This document shows positions 1 to 9,221 of a stretch of DNA of 38,140 nucleotides, in pieces. Location: positions 1 to 38,140 of the IMG/VR virus record IMGVR_UViG_3300037308_000199; one strand, 5' to 3'. The translations under genes were made by a program, and so were the position numbers. Positions within the stretch are counted from its first letter, which is position 1. Each line of letters opens with the position of its first letter. The stretch is from a virus (Duplodnaviria > Caudoviricetes). Under the pieces are notes generated by a model. It had not been told where the DNA came from. It worked only from the letters and a program-made list of their open reading frames with translations, and made no database searches.

Positions 1-134
1 CAGTCGCGCAACAGCTGGCGTTCGCGCTAGACTCCGGGCCTATGGCCGCGCCCAAGCCGAACAAGACCCGCCTGGATGACGGCCGCATCATCGCGGCGTT
101 CAACGCCTGCTACCGGGACGGCAAGGCCGCCACG
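1..134. repeat. Terminal direct repeat, left copy (circular overlap)
   Basis: 1..134 matches 38007..38140 except at positions 11 (A vs T) and 21 (T vs A); covers the terminase stop and portal start, implying a ~38,006-bp circle. Confidence 0.97.
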
Positions 135-1973
135 CACGACTGGCGCACCGAGGCGCGCGAGCTGTTCGACCTGGTGGCCGGGCACCAGTGGCCCGACGAG
201 GATGCGGCCCAGCTGAGGCAGGAACAGCGCCCGGCGGTCACCTTCAACGTCAGCGGCAAGTTCCTCGACGCCCTGATTGGCCTGCAGATCAACAACCGCC
301 AGGAGATTCGCTACTACCCGCGCGAGCCCGGCGACACCGCGATCAACGAGCTGCTGACCGGCGCGGCCAAGTGGATGCGCGACGAGGCGGACGCCGAGGA
401 CGAGGAGACGGACGCCTTTGCCGACCTGCTGATCTGCGGCATGGGCTGGACCGAGACCGACATCGACTTTGACAGCGACCCCGAGGGCCGGGTGCGCATC
501 GAGCGGCGCGACCCGCTGCTGATGTATTGGGACCCGAGCGCCCGGCGCAAGAACCTGGCCGACGCCCGCTGGATGATCCGCGTCAAGCCGTACAGCCAGG
601 CGGAGTTCGAGGCCGAGTGGCCAGGCGTCGAGCTGGCCCAGGGCCAGGACACCGGCCCGACCGAGGACGAGCTGGACCTGCTGCCGCACGATGCCGACAG
701 CGCGCACCTGTACGCGCGCGACGCCGGCCCCGCCGGCCAGCGGCGCTCGATCCCGGTGGCCGAGTACCAGTGGTACGAATCCGCCGAAGTCTGGAAGGTG
801 TCATCCGAGTACGGCACCCGGCACTTCACCGACGAGCAGTGGGCCCGCCTGGAACCGGCGCTCAAGAACAACGGCACCAAGTACCAGGCCGAGAAAGCCA
901 AGGGCCGGCGCTACTACCGCGCCTTCATCTGCGGCGCGACCCTGCTGGAGGCGCACGAGAGCCCCTACCAGGAGGGCTTCACCTACGCCTGCATGACCGG
1001 CAAGCGCGACCGCAACCACGGCACCTGGTACGGCGTGGGCCGCGCGATCCGCGACCCGCAGGCCTGGCTCAACGTGTTTTTCAGCCAGATTCTGTACACC
1101 CTGCAGTCCAATGCGAAGGGAGGCCTGATTGTCGAAGAAGGCGTGTTCACCGACCCGCGCAAAGCCGAAAGCGAATGGGCGCGGCCAGACTCGATCACCT
1201 ATGTACAGGAAGGGGCCATCGCGCAGCAGAGGCTGATGCCGAAGCCTGTGGCCCCCTACCCGGCCGGCCTCGACAAGCTGATGGAGTTCAGCCTGCGCAT
1301 GCTGCCCGAGACATCGGGCCTGAACCTGGAAATCATCGGCATGGCCGATCGTGTCCAGCCGGGCATCGTCGAGGCGCAGCGCAAGCAATCCGCCCTGACG
1401 GTGATCGCCTGGGCGTTCGACGCGATGCGCCGCTACTACAAGCAGCACGGCCGCCTGCTGGCCTACTACATCCGCGAGTACATGAGCGACGGCCGCCTGG
1501 TGCGGATCAACGGGCCGAAGGGCCAGGCTCAGTACGTGCCGCTGGTGAAGGACGCGGACACTTACCGCTACGACGTGGTGGTGGACGATGCCCCGACCAG
1601 CACCAACCTGAAGGAGCGTGTCTGGGCCGTCCTGGAGACGCTGCTGCCGGCGCTGATGAACATGGGCGTGATGCCGCCGCCCGAAATCCTCGACTACAGC
1701 CCGCTGCCGTCCGACCTGGTGAACGCCTGGAAGAAGGCGCTCACCACCCCGCCGCCGCCTGAGCAGGTGCAGCTGCAGAAGCGCAAGGCCGAGGCGGAAG
1801 CCCGGGAGGTCGAGTCCAAGGCCAACCTCAACGAGGCGAAGGCCCGCGAGGCCGGTGGCGGTGAAATCCAGAAGCGCGCCGATGCCGTCAAGAAGGCGGC
1901 CGAGGCGGGCAAGGCGATGGTCGGCGAGGCACCCGCCCCGGCGGCCCCCAGCGGTGGAGGGAGTGAACGATGA
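42..1973 (+). CDS. Portal protein, P22-like
   Basis: 643 aa; directly follows the terminase on the circle; G-x-QW...RP-x-x-T-x-N N-terminus, 'D-x-LICGMGW', 'WDPSAR..NLADARW', 'YDVVVDDAP' typical of P22-family portals. Confidence 0.92.
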   Translation: MAAPKPNKTRLDDGRIIAAFNACYRDGKAATHDWRTEARELFDLVAGHQWPDEDAAQLRQEQRPAVTFNVSGKFLDALIGLQINNRQEIRYYPREPGDTAINELLTGAAKWMRDEADAEDEETDAFADLLICGMGWTETDIDFDSDPEGRVRIERRDPLLMYWDPSARRKNLADARWMIRVKPYSQAEFEAEWPGVELAQGQDTGPTEDELDLLPHDADSAHLYARDAGPAGQRRSIPVAEYQWYESAEVWKVSSEYGTRHFTDEQWARLEPALKNNGTKYQAEKAKGRRYYRAFICGATLLEAHESPYQEGFTYACMTGKRDRNHGTWYGVGRAIRDPQAWLNVFFSQILYTLQSNAKGGLIVEEGVFTDPRKAESEWARPDSITYVQEGAIAQQRLMPKPVAPYPAGLDKLMEFSLRMLPETSGLNLEIIGMADRVQPGIVEAQRKQSALTVIAWAFDAMRRYYKQHGRLLAYYIREYMSDGRLVRINGPKGQAQYVPLVKDADTYRYDVVVDDAPTSTNLKERVWAVLETLLPALMNMGVMPPPEILDYSPLPSDLVNAWKKALTTPPPPEQVQLQKRKAEAEAREVESKANLNEAKAREAGGGEIQKRADAVKKAAEAGKAMVGEAPAPAAPSGGGSER

Positions 1974-2842
1974 GCGCAAGGCCGGATGATTTCGCGGACG
2001 ACCTGGACCCGCAGCTGCCGCCCGAGGACCAGCTGCCGCCGGATGACCAGGCCCTGCTCGACGACCAGGCCCGCCAGCAGCAGGAGGACCAGCGCACGGT
2101 GCCGCTGGCCACGCTGCTGGAGGAGCGGCGCAAGCTGCAGGCGCAGCTCGACGAGGAGCGTGCCCGGGCGCAGAGATTCGAGCGCCTGGAGGCGGAGCTG
2201 CGCGCCATGCGCGAGCAGCGGAACCAGCCGCCGCCGGCTGAGCCCGAGCCGCCGACGCCCGCGCCCGAGTACCTGGAGGACCCGAAGGGCTACGTGGACC
2301 ACCGCGTCCAGGAAGCCGTCCAGGCGCTGAAGAAGGTGGAGGGGACCGCGACCCAGGCACAGCAGCTAGCGCAGCAGCAGGCGATCGTCGCCCAGGTGCG
2401 CACGGCTGTCGCTGCCGCCGAGGCGGAGTTCTCGGCCAAGACGGCCGACTATCACGACGCCCTGGCCCACCTGCGCAACGTGCGCCTGGCCCAGGCGAAG
2501 CTGATGTTCCCGGACGCGCCCGAGGCCGCCATCCTCCAGGCGCTCGACCGGGACGAGCTGCAGTTCGCGGCGCAGCAGCTGCAGACCAGCAAGAACCCGG
2601 CCGAGCTGGCCTACGCGATGGCCAAGACGCTTGGATACCAGCCGAAGCAAGTGCAGAATCCACCGCAGGATGGTCAGCGCCGGGGCGGCGATGCGCCGCC
2701 TGCCGAGCGCCGTCGCCTGCAGGGCATGGGGGGCGCGGCAGCTGGAACCGGCGAGCCGGATTCCGAGCTGGACAAACTGATGTCCGGGGAGGCTGACGAG
2801 TTCGACCAGGCGATGGCAGAGCTTTTCCCGCGCCGCCGCTGA
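1970..2842 (+). CDS. Capsid scaffolding protein
   Basis: 290 aa, acidic/coiled-coil, 'TVPLATLLEERRK' motif; between portal and capsid; ATGA overlap with portal. Confidence 0.8.
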   Translation: MSARPDDFADDLDPQLPPEDQLPPDDQALLDDQARQQQEDQRTVPLATLLEERRKLQAQLDEERARAQRFERLEAELRAMREQRNQPPPAEPEPPTPAPEYLEDPKGYVDHRVQEAVQALKKVEGTATQAQQLAQQQAIVAQVRTAVAAAEAEFSAKTADYHDALAHLRNVRLAQAKLMFPDAPEAAILQALDRDELQFAAQQLQTSKNPAELAYAMAKTLGYQPKQVQNPPQDGQRRGGDAPPAERRRLQGMGGAAAGTGEPDSELDKLMSGEADEFDQAMAELFPRRR

Positions 2843-2984
2843 GTGGCGCACGGCTCACCGGCCCGACTGCCGGTGGTTCGGGTGGGGTCCGAGATAGCCC
2901 TGGGCGCGCACGGCCTCAATCGTGCGTTTCGCGGCTACGGCGCATGTAGCGGTGTGAAACGGCAACAACTCTCAGGAGACAGCG

Positions 2985-4043
2985 ATGGCAACGACCGACT
3001 ACGGCGTTAACCACCCGCTAGCCGTCAAGCACTGGAGCAAGGACCTGATGGTTCAGGCGCTGAAAAAGACCGCTGCCCTGCAGTACATGGGCAAGGACTC
3101 CAACAGCGTCGTGCAGATCAAGACCGAGCTGAACAAGGCAGCCGGCGATCGCATCAGGTTCGGACTGCGCATGCAGCTCCAGGGCGACGGCATCGTGGGC
3201 GATGCGGTCCTCGAAGGAAACGAGGAGGACCTGGTGACTTACAGCCAGGACATCTACATCGACCAGCTGCGTCACGCAGTCCGGTCGGGTGGCAAGATGT
3301 CCGAGCAGCGCGTCCCGTTCTCGGTGCGCGCGGAAGCCCGGGACGGCCTGGCCGACTGGTGGGCCGACCGAATCGACACGGCGTTTTTCAACCAGCTGGC
3401 GGGTGCGGCGCACGTCACCGACGTTCGCTACACCGGCATGCAGGCCGCGACCGCGCCCGACGCGGGCCACGTCCTGTACGCAACGCCAGCGGGTGTCGCC
3501 GGTCACAACACCGAGGCGTCAGTCTCGACGACCGACGTGTTCCACCTGCAGCTGATCGACAAGGCCGTGGAGATCGCCAAGCTGGCGACCAACACGATCC
3601 GGCCAATCCGGGTGGGCGGTGAGAACAAGTACGTGATGTTCCTGCATCCGTACCAGGTCACCGACCTGCGCACCAACACCAACACCGGGCAGTGGCTCGA
3701 CATCCAGAAGGCGGCGTTGTCGGGGGGTCGCAGCAGCGGCAGCTCGATCTACACCGGCGCGCTGGGCGAGTACAACGGCGTGGTGCTGCAGGAGGCCCTG
3801 CGCGTCCCGCTTGGCGAAAAGGCCAGCGTGCGGCGCGCGATCCTGGTGGGGGCCCAGGCTGGCGCGATCGCGTTCGGCAAGGGCTACGGCAAAAACACGT
3901 TCGACTGGACCGAGGAGCTGTTCGACTACAAGAACCAGCTCGGCGTTGCGGCGGGTTGCATCTGGGGTCTCCAGAAGAACCGCTACAACGGCTCGGACTT
4001 CGCCACCGTCGTCGTCAGCAGCTATGCTGCTGCGCATACGTAA
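2985..4043 (+). CDS. Major capsid protein, N4-gp56/DUF4043-like
   Basis: 352 aa; RBS AGGAG upstream; 'K-x-AGDRI-x-F-x-L', 'LEGNEE-x-L', 'IDQLRHAV', 'YVMFLHPYQ-x-x-DLR', 'EE-x-FDY-x-N' motifs. Confidence 0.92.
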   Translation: MATTDYGVNHPLAVKHWSKDLMVQALKKTAALQYMGKDSNSVVQIKTELNKAAGDRIRFGLRMQLQGDGIVGDAVLEGNEEDLVTYSQDIYIDQLRHAVRSGGKMSEQRVPFSVRAEARDGLADWWADRIDTAFFNQLAGAAHVTDVRYTGMQAATAPDAGHVLYATPAGVAGHNTEASVSTTDVFHLQLIDKAVEIAKLATNTIRPIRVGGENKYVMFLHPYQVTDLRTNTNTGQWLDIQKAALSGGRSSGSSIYTGALGEYNGVVLQEALRVPLGEKASVRRAILVGAQAGAIAFGKGYGKNTFDWTEELFDYKNQLGVAAGCIWGLQKNRYNGSDFATVVVSSYAAAHT

Positions 4044-4055
4044 GGAGGCCTGACC

Positions 4056-4481
4056 ATGGCAACCCGCTATGCAACGATGGCGAACGTCGCCAACAAGGGC
4101 GACTTCCAAGGCGAGAACGTGATCCTCACCAGCTACTCGTCCAACACCACCCTATCGGTCGGCGACATCGTGATCGCCTGCCGGCTGCCGTCCGGAGTGC
4201 AGGTGACCGAAGTGGTCATGTACCCGGGCGCGGCAGGTCCCAACGGGGTGTACCAGGTCGGAACGTCCGCCTCGGTGGAGCAGTTCCTGACCTCGGCCAC
4301 GATGTCCACCGCGCTCGCGGTCAAGGCGTCGAAGGCCTCCAGCATCGGCTACGTGTTCTCGGCCTCGGACGCCGCAGTGGTCCAGTACGAGAACGTGGTG
4401 GTCACGCCGCGCTCGGGCGTGACGGCCGGCCGCTGGTTCGACCTGGTGGTGAAGTACGTCAACCGCGGGATGAACACCTGA
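4056..4481 (+). CDS. Capsid accessory (decoration/cement) protein, putative
   Basis: 141 aa beta-rich ORF right after the capsid gene with strong RBS AAGGAGG; function inferred from position. Confidence 0.65.
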   Translation: MATRYATMANVANKGDFQGENVILTSYSSNTTLSVGDIVIACRLPSGVQVTEVVMYPGAAGPNGVYQVGTSASVEQFLTSATMSTALAVKASKASSIGYVFSASDAAVVQYENVVVTPRSGVTAGRWFDLVVKYVNRGMNT

Positions 4482-4501
4482 CGGTAGTTCAGCATCCGCA
4501 G

Positions 4502-4533
4502 CCAGGGGCACGGCCGGTGCCCCTGGTGTCTTT
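4502..4533 (+). terminator. Probable intrinsic terminator after capsid genes
   Basis: 10-bp stem CCAGGGGCAC/GTGCCCCTGG followed by an imperfect U-tract TGTCTTT. Confidence 0.6.
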
Positions 4534-4555
4534 CAGCTGAAGGGGACGAGGGAGC

Positions 4556-6019
4556 ATGCAGGAAGTCGGGCTGGGCCAGGTATTCCAGGCCATCGAGCAG
4601 GCGTTTAAGGACAAGGAATACCCGAGGGTCGAGGCGCTGCTGTGGCCGGCGATTGACCAGTTCAACGACCACCCCGCCCTGTGGTTCTACGCCGCCAATC
4701 TGTTCTTCGCCCGTGAGCTGTCTGCCCTGGCGGCGGCCTGCTACGAGCGCAGCCTGGAGCTTGAGCCCAACTCCGTGGCGCTGGCCAACCTGGGAGCCTG
4801 CTACCGCAGGATGAACCAGCACGAGCGGGCCATCGAGGTCCTGCAGAGGGCCACCGAGTACGACCAGGACAACCCCGGCACCTGGACCAACCTGGGGGCC
4901 TGCTACGTCAACGAGGGCGACCCGCGGCCTGGCATCGTCGCCTGTGAGCGCGCCCTGCAGATCAAGCCAGGCTTCCCCAGGGCCGAGTGGAACCTGGGCC
5001 TGCTGCACCTGGAGGCCGGCGACTTCGACAACGGTTTTCGCCTGTACCGTTCCGGCCTGGGCAAGGAGCGCCTGCTGCGCTACTACCACGGCCCGGACAT
5101 CGACACCCCTGGCGAGAACGAGCCGGAGCTGCTGGACCGCAGGCACCTGGGCAAGCTGACGGGCCGCAAGGTGGTGGTATGGGGCGAGCAGGGCCTGGGC
5201 GACGAGCTGATGTTCGCCAACTGCCTGCATGAGCTGCTGGCCGAGGGCTGCCAGGTGGTGTTCGAGCACCATCCGCGGATGACCGCGATCTACCAGGCCG
5301 CCTTCGGCAAGTACACCAGCCTGACGCTGATCCCGACCCGCAAGGCGAACACCGCGGCCGAGGCCATGAAGCATGGCCCGTTCGACTACCGCTGCGGCGT
5401 GGGCGACCTGGCCTGCCTGTTCCGGCGCTCGGCCGATGACTACGCCGAGGCCTGGCGGGATTACGGCCCGTTCTGGCCGTGCGCCGACCAGGGCATTCGG
5501 GCCGAGTACCGCGCGCGCCTGGAGGAGCTGGCAGCCGGGCGCAAGATCATCGGCCTGGCGACGCGCGGCGGGGTCATCAAGACCATGCGCAGCTACAGGA
5601 CCATTGGCATCGGTGACCTGGCCCCGCTGCTGAAGCTCTCGGACAGGTTCCTGTTCGTATGCTTCGACTACGAGGACGTGGGCGAGGCGGTGCTGGCGGT
5701 CAACCAGAAGCACGGCGAAAGCGCAATGTGCTGGCCGCGCGCCGCCGTCCAGCATTTCGACTACGACCACACGCACGCCCTGGTGCTGGCGACCGATCGG
5801 CTGGTGACCGTCTGCCAGTCCATCGCGCACCTGGCCGCCGGCTCGGGCCACCCGACCGACGTGCTGGTGCCGTCGAAGCCCGCCTGGCGCTACGGCCTGC
5901 AGGGCAGCGAGTGGTTCCTGTACCCGGGCCCGCACGCGCGGCTGCACAGGCAGAAGGGCGACAGCTGGGAGGAGGCGGTGCACTCGACCGTGGAGGCGCT
6001 ATGCGCAGGTGGGAAATAG
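4556..6019 (+). CDS. TPR-repeat glycosyltransferase (GT-B, GT9-like C-terminus)
   Basis: 487 aa; N-terminal TPRs (ALANLGACY, TWTNLGACY, AEWNLGLLHL) then 'WGEQGLGDELMFA' and 'D-x-LVTV..SIAHLAAG-x-G-x-PT...AWRY' motifs. Confidence 0.85.
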   Translation: MQEVGLGQVFQAIEQAFKDKEYPRVEALLWPAIDQFNDHPALWFYAANLFFARELSALAAACYERSLELEPNSVALANLGACYRRMNQHERAIEVLQRATEYDQDNPGTWTNLGACYVNEGDPRPGIVACERALQIKPGFPRAEWNLGLLHLEAGDFDNGFRLYRSGLGKERLLRYYHGPDIDTPGENEPELLDRRHLGKLTGRKVVVWGEQGLGDELMFANCLHELLAEGCQVVFEHHPRMTAIYQAAFGKYTSLTLIPTRKANTAAEAMKHGPFDYRCGVGDLACLFRRSADDYAEAWRDYGPFWPCADQGIRAEYRARLEELAAGRKIIGLATRGGVIKTMRSYRTIGIGDLAPLLKLSDRFLFVCFDYEDVGEAVLAVNQKHGESAMCWPRAAVQHFDYDHTHALVLATDRLVTVCQSIAHLAAGSGHPTDVLVPSKPAWRYGLQGSEWFLYPGPHARLHRQKGDSWEEAVHSTVEALCAGGK

Positions 6020-6531
6020 TCGCCGGGCTGCTGGAATCCGAGGGGGCCCGCAGCTTTGCGGAAATCGGCACGAAGGAGGGGCGATTGACCGCCTACGTGC
6101 TGGAGCACTGCCCGAAGGTTGAAGTGGTATGGGCCTGCGACCCGTGGATGAAGCAGGACCTGGCGGCCACGCCTGACGCCGAGACCTACGAGGATTGGGA
6201 CTTCGCCGCCATCCGCGCCGAGTTCGAGGAGCGGACCAGGCCGTGGGCTTCGCGGCTCAAGTTCTTTCAGGAGACCGGCCAGGAGCTGGCTGCCCGCATC
6301 GAGAGGGAAAGCCTAGACTGCGTTTTCATCGACGCCAGGCACGACTACGACAGCGTGCATCAGGACATCGCCACCTGGTATCCGCTGGTCAGGCCGGGCG
6401 GATGGATCACCGGGCACGACTTCAACCACCGCTGGCCTGGCGTGCAACGCGCCGTCGCGCGGCACTTCAGCCTGATGGACGTTGGCGTGATGGAGGACTC
6501 GGTTTGGATGTATCGAAAGCCAACCCCGTAA
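6001..6531 (+). CDS. Class I SAM-dependent methyltransferase (Methyltransf_24-like)
   Basis: 176 aa from ATG 6001 (GGAGG upstream); 'AEIGT..G', 'DPW', 'LDCVFIDARHDY..V..DI..W...VRPGG.I.GHDF'. Confidence 0.9.
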   Translation: MRRWEIVAGLLESEGARSFAEIGTKEGRLTAYVLEHCPKVEVVWACDPWMKQDLAATPDAETYEDWDFAAIRAEFEERTRPWASRLKFFQETGQELAARIERESLDCVFIDARHDYDSVHQDIATWYPLVRPGGWITGHDFNHRWPGVQRAVARHFSLMDVGVMEDSVWMYRKPTP

Positions 6532-7265
6532 GGGCGGTCGTCTATTGGGCGACCAAGGCCGAGGGCCTGGCCCAGGCCGAGCTGTCCGCCCGCACCGCCA
6601 AGCAGGTGCAGGAAGCGATCGTGTACCTGTACACCGATCGGTCCGCCCCGCCGCAGCTATGGGCCGACGTAACCGTGCGGATGCCGTTCGGTGAGCGCCC
6701 GCTGATGGTGGAGAACCTGGTGGCCCAGGCGCATTTCATGCTGCGGCACATGCCGGTGCTCGACTGCCCGGTGGCCTTCCTCGACAGCGACACGCTGATC
6801 GCCCATGAGCTGCGCATGCCGCCCGCGGTGGACCTGGCGGTGACCTACCGCGACCACGTTGCCCGGGATAAGGACGGCAACAAGGTGGCCGGGGTGGCCG
6901 AGCTTATGCCCTACAACTACGGCGTGATCCTGGCGAACCCGACCATGGCTGCGACCGAGGCCATCCTGGCGCTGCGCGAGCGGGTGGCCAAGCTGTCCAG
7001 GAACTACCAGGACTGGTACGGCAACCAGGTGGCGCTGCGCGAGCTGGTGGGCCTGGACAAGACCAAGCGGATGCCCTACGTCGTGCGCCGCAAGACTCCC
7101 TGGGCCGACATCCTGGTGTCGGTGCTGGACGCTGACGTATGGAACTACACGCCCGAGGCGGCCGGCGAGCCGATCGAGGGCAGGAAGGTGCTGCACCTGA
7201 AGGGCCGCAGGAAGCACCTGATGCAGCACTACCTGGACCGAATCCTGGCGGAGGCCGAGCTGTGA
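6504..7265 (+). CDS. GT-A fold nucleotide-sugar transferase (DxD)
   Basis: ~253 aa, probable TTG start after GGAGGA; 'FLDSDTLI', 'YNYGVI', 'W-Y-G-N-Q-x-A-L', 'WNYTP', 'VLHLKG-x-RK'. Start uncertain. Confidence 0.75.
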   Translation: MDVSKANPVRAVVYWATKAEGLAQAELSARTAKQVQEAIVYLYTDRSAPPQLWADVTVRMPFGERPLMVENLVAQAHFMLRHMPVLDCPVAFLDSDTLIAHELRMPPAVDLAVTYRDHVARDKDGNKVAGVAELMPYNYGVILANPTMAATEAILALRERVAKLSRNYQDWYGNQVALRELVGLDKTKRMPYVVRRKTPWADILVSVLDADVWNYTPEAAGEPIEGRKVLHLKGRRKHLMQHYLDRILAEAEL

Positions 7266-8218
7266 GCATTACCGAGCGCATCGACGCGGTGACCCTGATC
7301 CCCCAGGGCTACCTGCGCCCCGACCCGCCAGCGCCGCGCGCGGTGAAGATCGAGCTGACCGGCCGCTGCAACTACCGCTGCGGCTTCTGCGCCCTGCGCA
7401 GCCGCGACGTGCAGCCCAAGACCGACATGGACCTGGACCTGTTCAGGCGGATCACCACCGAAATGCGCCAGGCCGGGGTCGAGGAGATCGGGTGCTTCTA
7501 CCTGGGCGAATCGTTCATGGCCCCGGAGCTGCTGGTGGAGGCGATCCGCTGGTGCAAGCGGGTGATGGGCTTCCCCTACGTGTTCCTGACCAGCAACGCC
7601 TCGCTGGCCGACCCGGAGGACGTGGAGGCCTGCATGGCCGCCGGCCTCGACAGCCTAAAGTGGTCGGTGAACGCCGCCGACACGGAGCAGTTCGCCAGGG
7701 TCATGGCGGTGAGCCCCAAGTATTTCCACCGCGCCCTGCGCAACATCGAGCTGGCGCACGAGGTCCGCACCAGGGGCGGCTACAAGACCGGCCTGTACGC
7801 CTCCAGCATCCGCTACGACGGCGAGCAGCAGGCAAAGATGGAGACGCTGCTGGCGGACCGCGTGCTGCCCTACGTGGACCAGCACTACTGGCTGCCGCTG
7901 TACAGCATGGGCTCGGTGGCCACGCAGCGCGAGGAGCAGCTGGGCTACCGGCCCACCGCCGGCAACCAGGGCCGCCTCGACGCGCTGCGCGACCCGCTGC
8001 CGTGCTGGTCCGCATTCACCGAGGGCCACGTCACCGCCGAGGGCAAGCTGTCCGCCTGCTGTTTCGACGCGGACGGAAGGTTCGCCATGGCGGACCTGAA
8101 CCTGGTTCCGTTCATCGACGGCTGGCGCTCGGTGCGCTTCCAGGAGCTGCGCGCCGCGCACCTGAAGCGCGACGTGAGTGGGACCATTTGCGAGAGCTGC
8201 GTCGCCTACAGGAGCTGA
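7262..8218 (+). CDS. Radical SAM enzyme with C-terminal SPASM/twitch cysteines
   Basis: 318 aa from GTG (GTGA overlap); CNYRCGFC = CxxxCxxC; C-terminal 'PCW...G-x-LSACC-x-D...ICESC'. Confidence 0.93.
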   Translation: MSITERIDAVTLIPQGYLRPDPPAPRAVKIELTGRCNYRCGFCALRSRDVQPKTDMDLDLFRRITTEMRQAGVEEIGCFYLGESFMAPELLVEAIRWCKRVMGFPYVFLTSNASLADPEDVEACMAAGLDSLKWSVNAADTEQFARVMAVSPKYFHRALRNIELAHEVRTRGGYKTGLYASSIRYDGEQQAKMETLLADRVLPYVDQHYWLPLYSMGSVATQREEQLGYRPTAGNQGRLDALRDPLPCWSAFTEGHVTAEGKLSACCFDADGRFAMADLNLVPFIDGWRSVRFQELRAAHLKRDVSGTICESCVAYRS

Positions 8219-8220
8219 CC

Positions 8221-9033
8221 GTGAGCATGCCCGTGTTCATCGGCTACGACCCGGCCGAGTCCATCGCCTACCACGTCCTGGCGCACAGCATCCTGACCAC
8301 CGCCTCCCTGCCGGTGGCGATCGCCCCGGTCGGCAACACCGTCCTGCCGTCAGTCTGGACCCGCCCGCGCGGCCCGAACGACTCGACCGAGTTCAGCAAC
8401 GCCCGCTTCATGGTCCCGTGGCTCGTCGGCTACCGCGGCTGGGCATGCTTCATGGACTGCGACATGCTCGCCCTGGCCGACATCCGCAACCTGTTCGAGG
8501 AGGCCGAGCGCCAGCCCGACAAGGCGGTGCTGGTGCGCAAGCACGACCACCAGCCCGACTACACGCAGAAGTTCCTGGGCGCGCAGCAGCTGCGCTACCC
8601 GCGCAAGAACTGGTCCAGCCTGATGCTGCTGAATTGCGGCCACCCGGTTGTCGCCGGCCTGACGCCCGAGTATGTCAACACCGCCGCCGGCATCGACCTG
8701 CACGGCTTTGCCTGGTGCCCAGACCAGTTCATCGGGGCCCTGCCGGAATGCTGGAATGTCCTGGTCGAGCACGGCCCCAGGAAGCTCAAGCTGCCGGAGG
8801 GGGTCCAGCCCAAGCTGGTTCACTACACGCAGGGCGGGCCTTGGCACGGCTACGTGGCCCAGCAGTACAGCTCGGACTGGCTGAGCGCCCTGGAGGACCT
8901 GCTGATCGGGGAGAACCCGCGCGCCGCGGTCAGAAGCGAGTTCAGCCCCATGCGGGCCCGCATCCGCTGCGACCTGGAGTACGCCCTGGACAGTGGCCGG
9001 CCGGGCGATCGCAGGCGGGTGCATCAGGCGTGA
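8221..9033 (+). CDS. CDI-like / GT8-like glycosyltransferase
   Basis: ~270 aa; 'VFIGYD', 'STEFS-x-x-RF-x-VP', 'FMDCDML', 'YPRKNWSS-x-ML-x-NC', 'HYT-x-GGPW' motifs. Start 8221 or 8227. Confidence 0.88.
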   Translation: MSMPVFIGYDPAESIAYHVLAHSILTTASLPVAIAPVGNTVLPSVWTRPRGPNDSTEFSNARFMVPWLVGYRGWACFMDCDMLALADIRNLFEEAERQPDKAVLVRKHDHQPDYTQKFLGAQQLRYPRKNWSSLMLLNCGHPVVAGLTPEYVNTAAGIDLHGFAWCPDQFIGALPECWNVLVEHGPRKLKLPEGVQPKLVHYTQGGPWHGYVAQQYSSDWLSALEDLLIGENPRAAVRSEFSPMRARIRCDLEYALDSGRPGDRRRVHQA

Positions 9034-9221
9034 GGCGCAGGCAGGCCTACCAGGCGAAGCCTGCGCCGCCGCCTGCGGCTGCGCTAGAATCCCCGCAACC
9101 GGGGGTATGCCCGACGTGCGGAAAGCGCGTCGTTAGGGGAGTCCGCAAGCACGCGGAGGCATGCCGGCGTGAGCACCTTCGGAAGAATGGTCCAGAGGAT
9201 CAGGTCCGACCTCGACCGTAA
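9030..9221 (+). CDS. Small zinc-finger-like protein
   Basis: 63 aa; GTGA overlap with upstream stop; CPTC...H...C pattern; overlaps next gene by 53 nt. Confidence 0.45.
   Translation: MRRRQAYQAKPAPPPAAALESPQPGVCPTCGKRVVRGVRKHAEACRREHLRKNGPEDQVRPRP

Noticed and set aside
801-5983. Long minus-strand and alternate-frame ORFs (e.g. 801..2858, 4349..5983, 527..1762)
   Set aside because: R/P/G/A-rich shadows expected in high-GC DNA, overlapping well-supported genes.
4556-9033. Cassette as a DNA base hypermodification system
   Set aside because: Not excluded, but disfavoured: late-operon location, protein-binding TPRs, and no polymerase, hydroxymethylase or deazaguanine genes.
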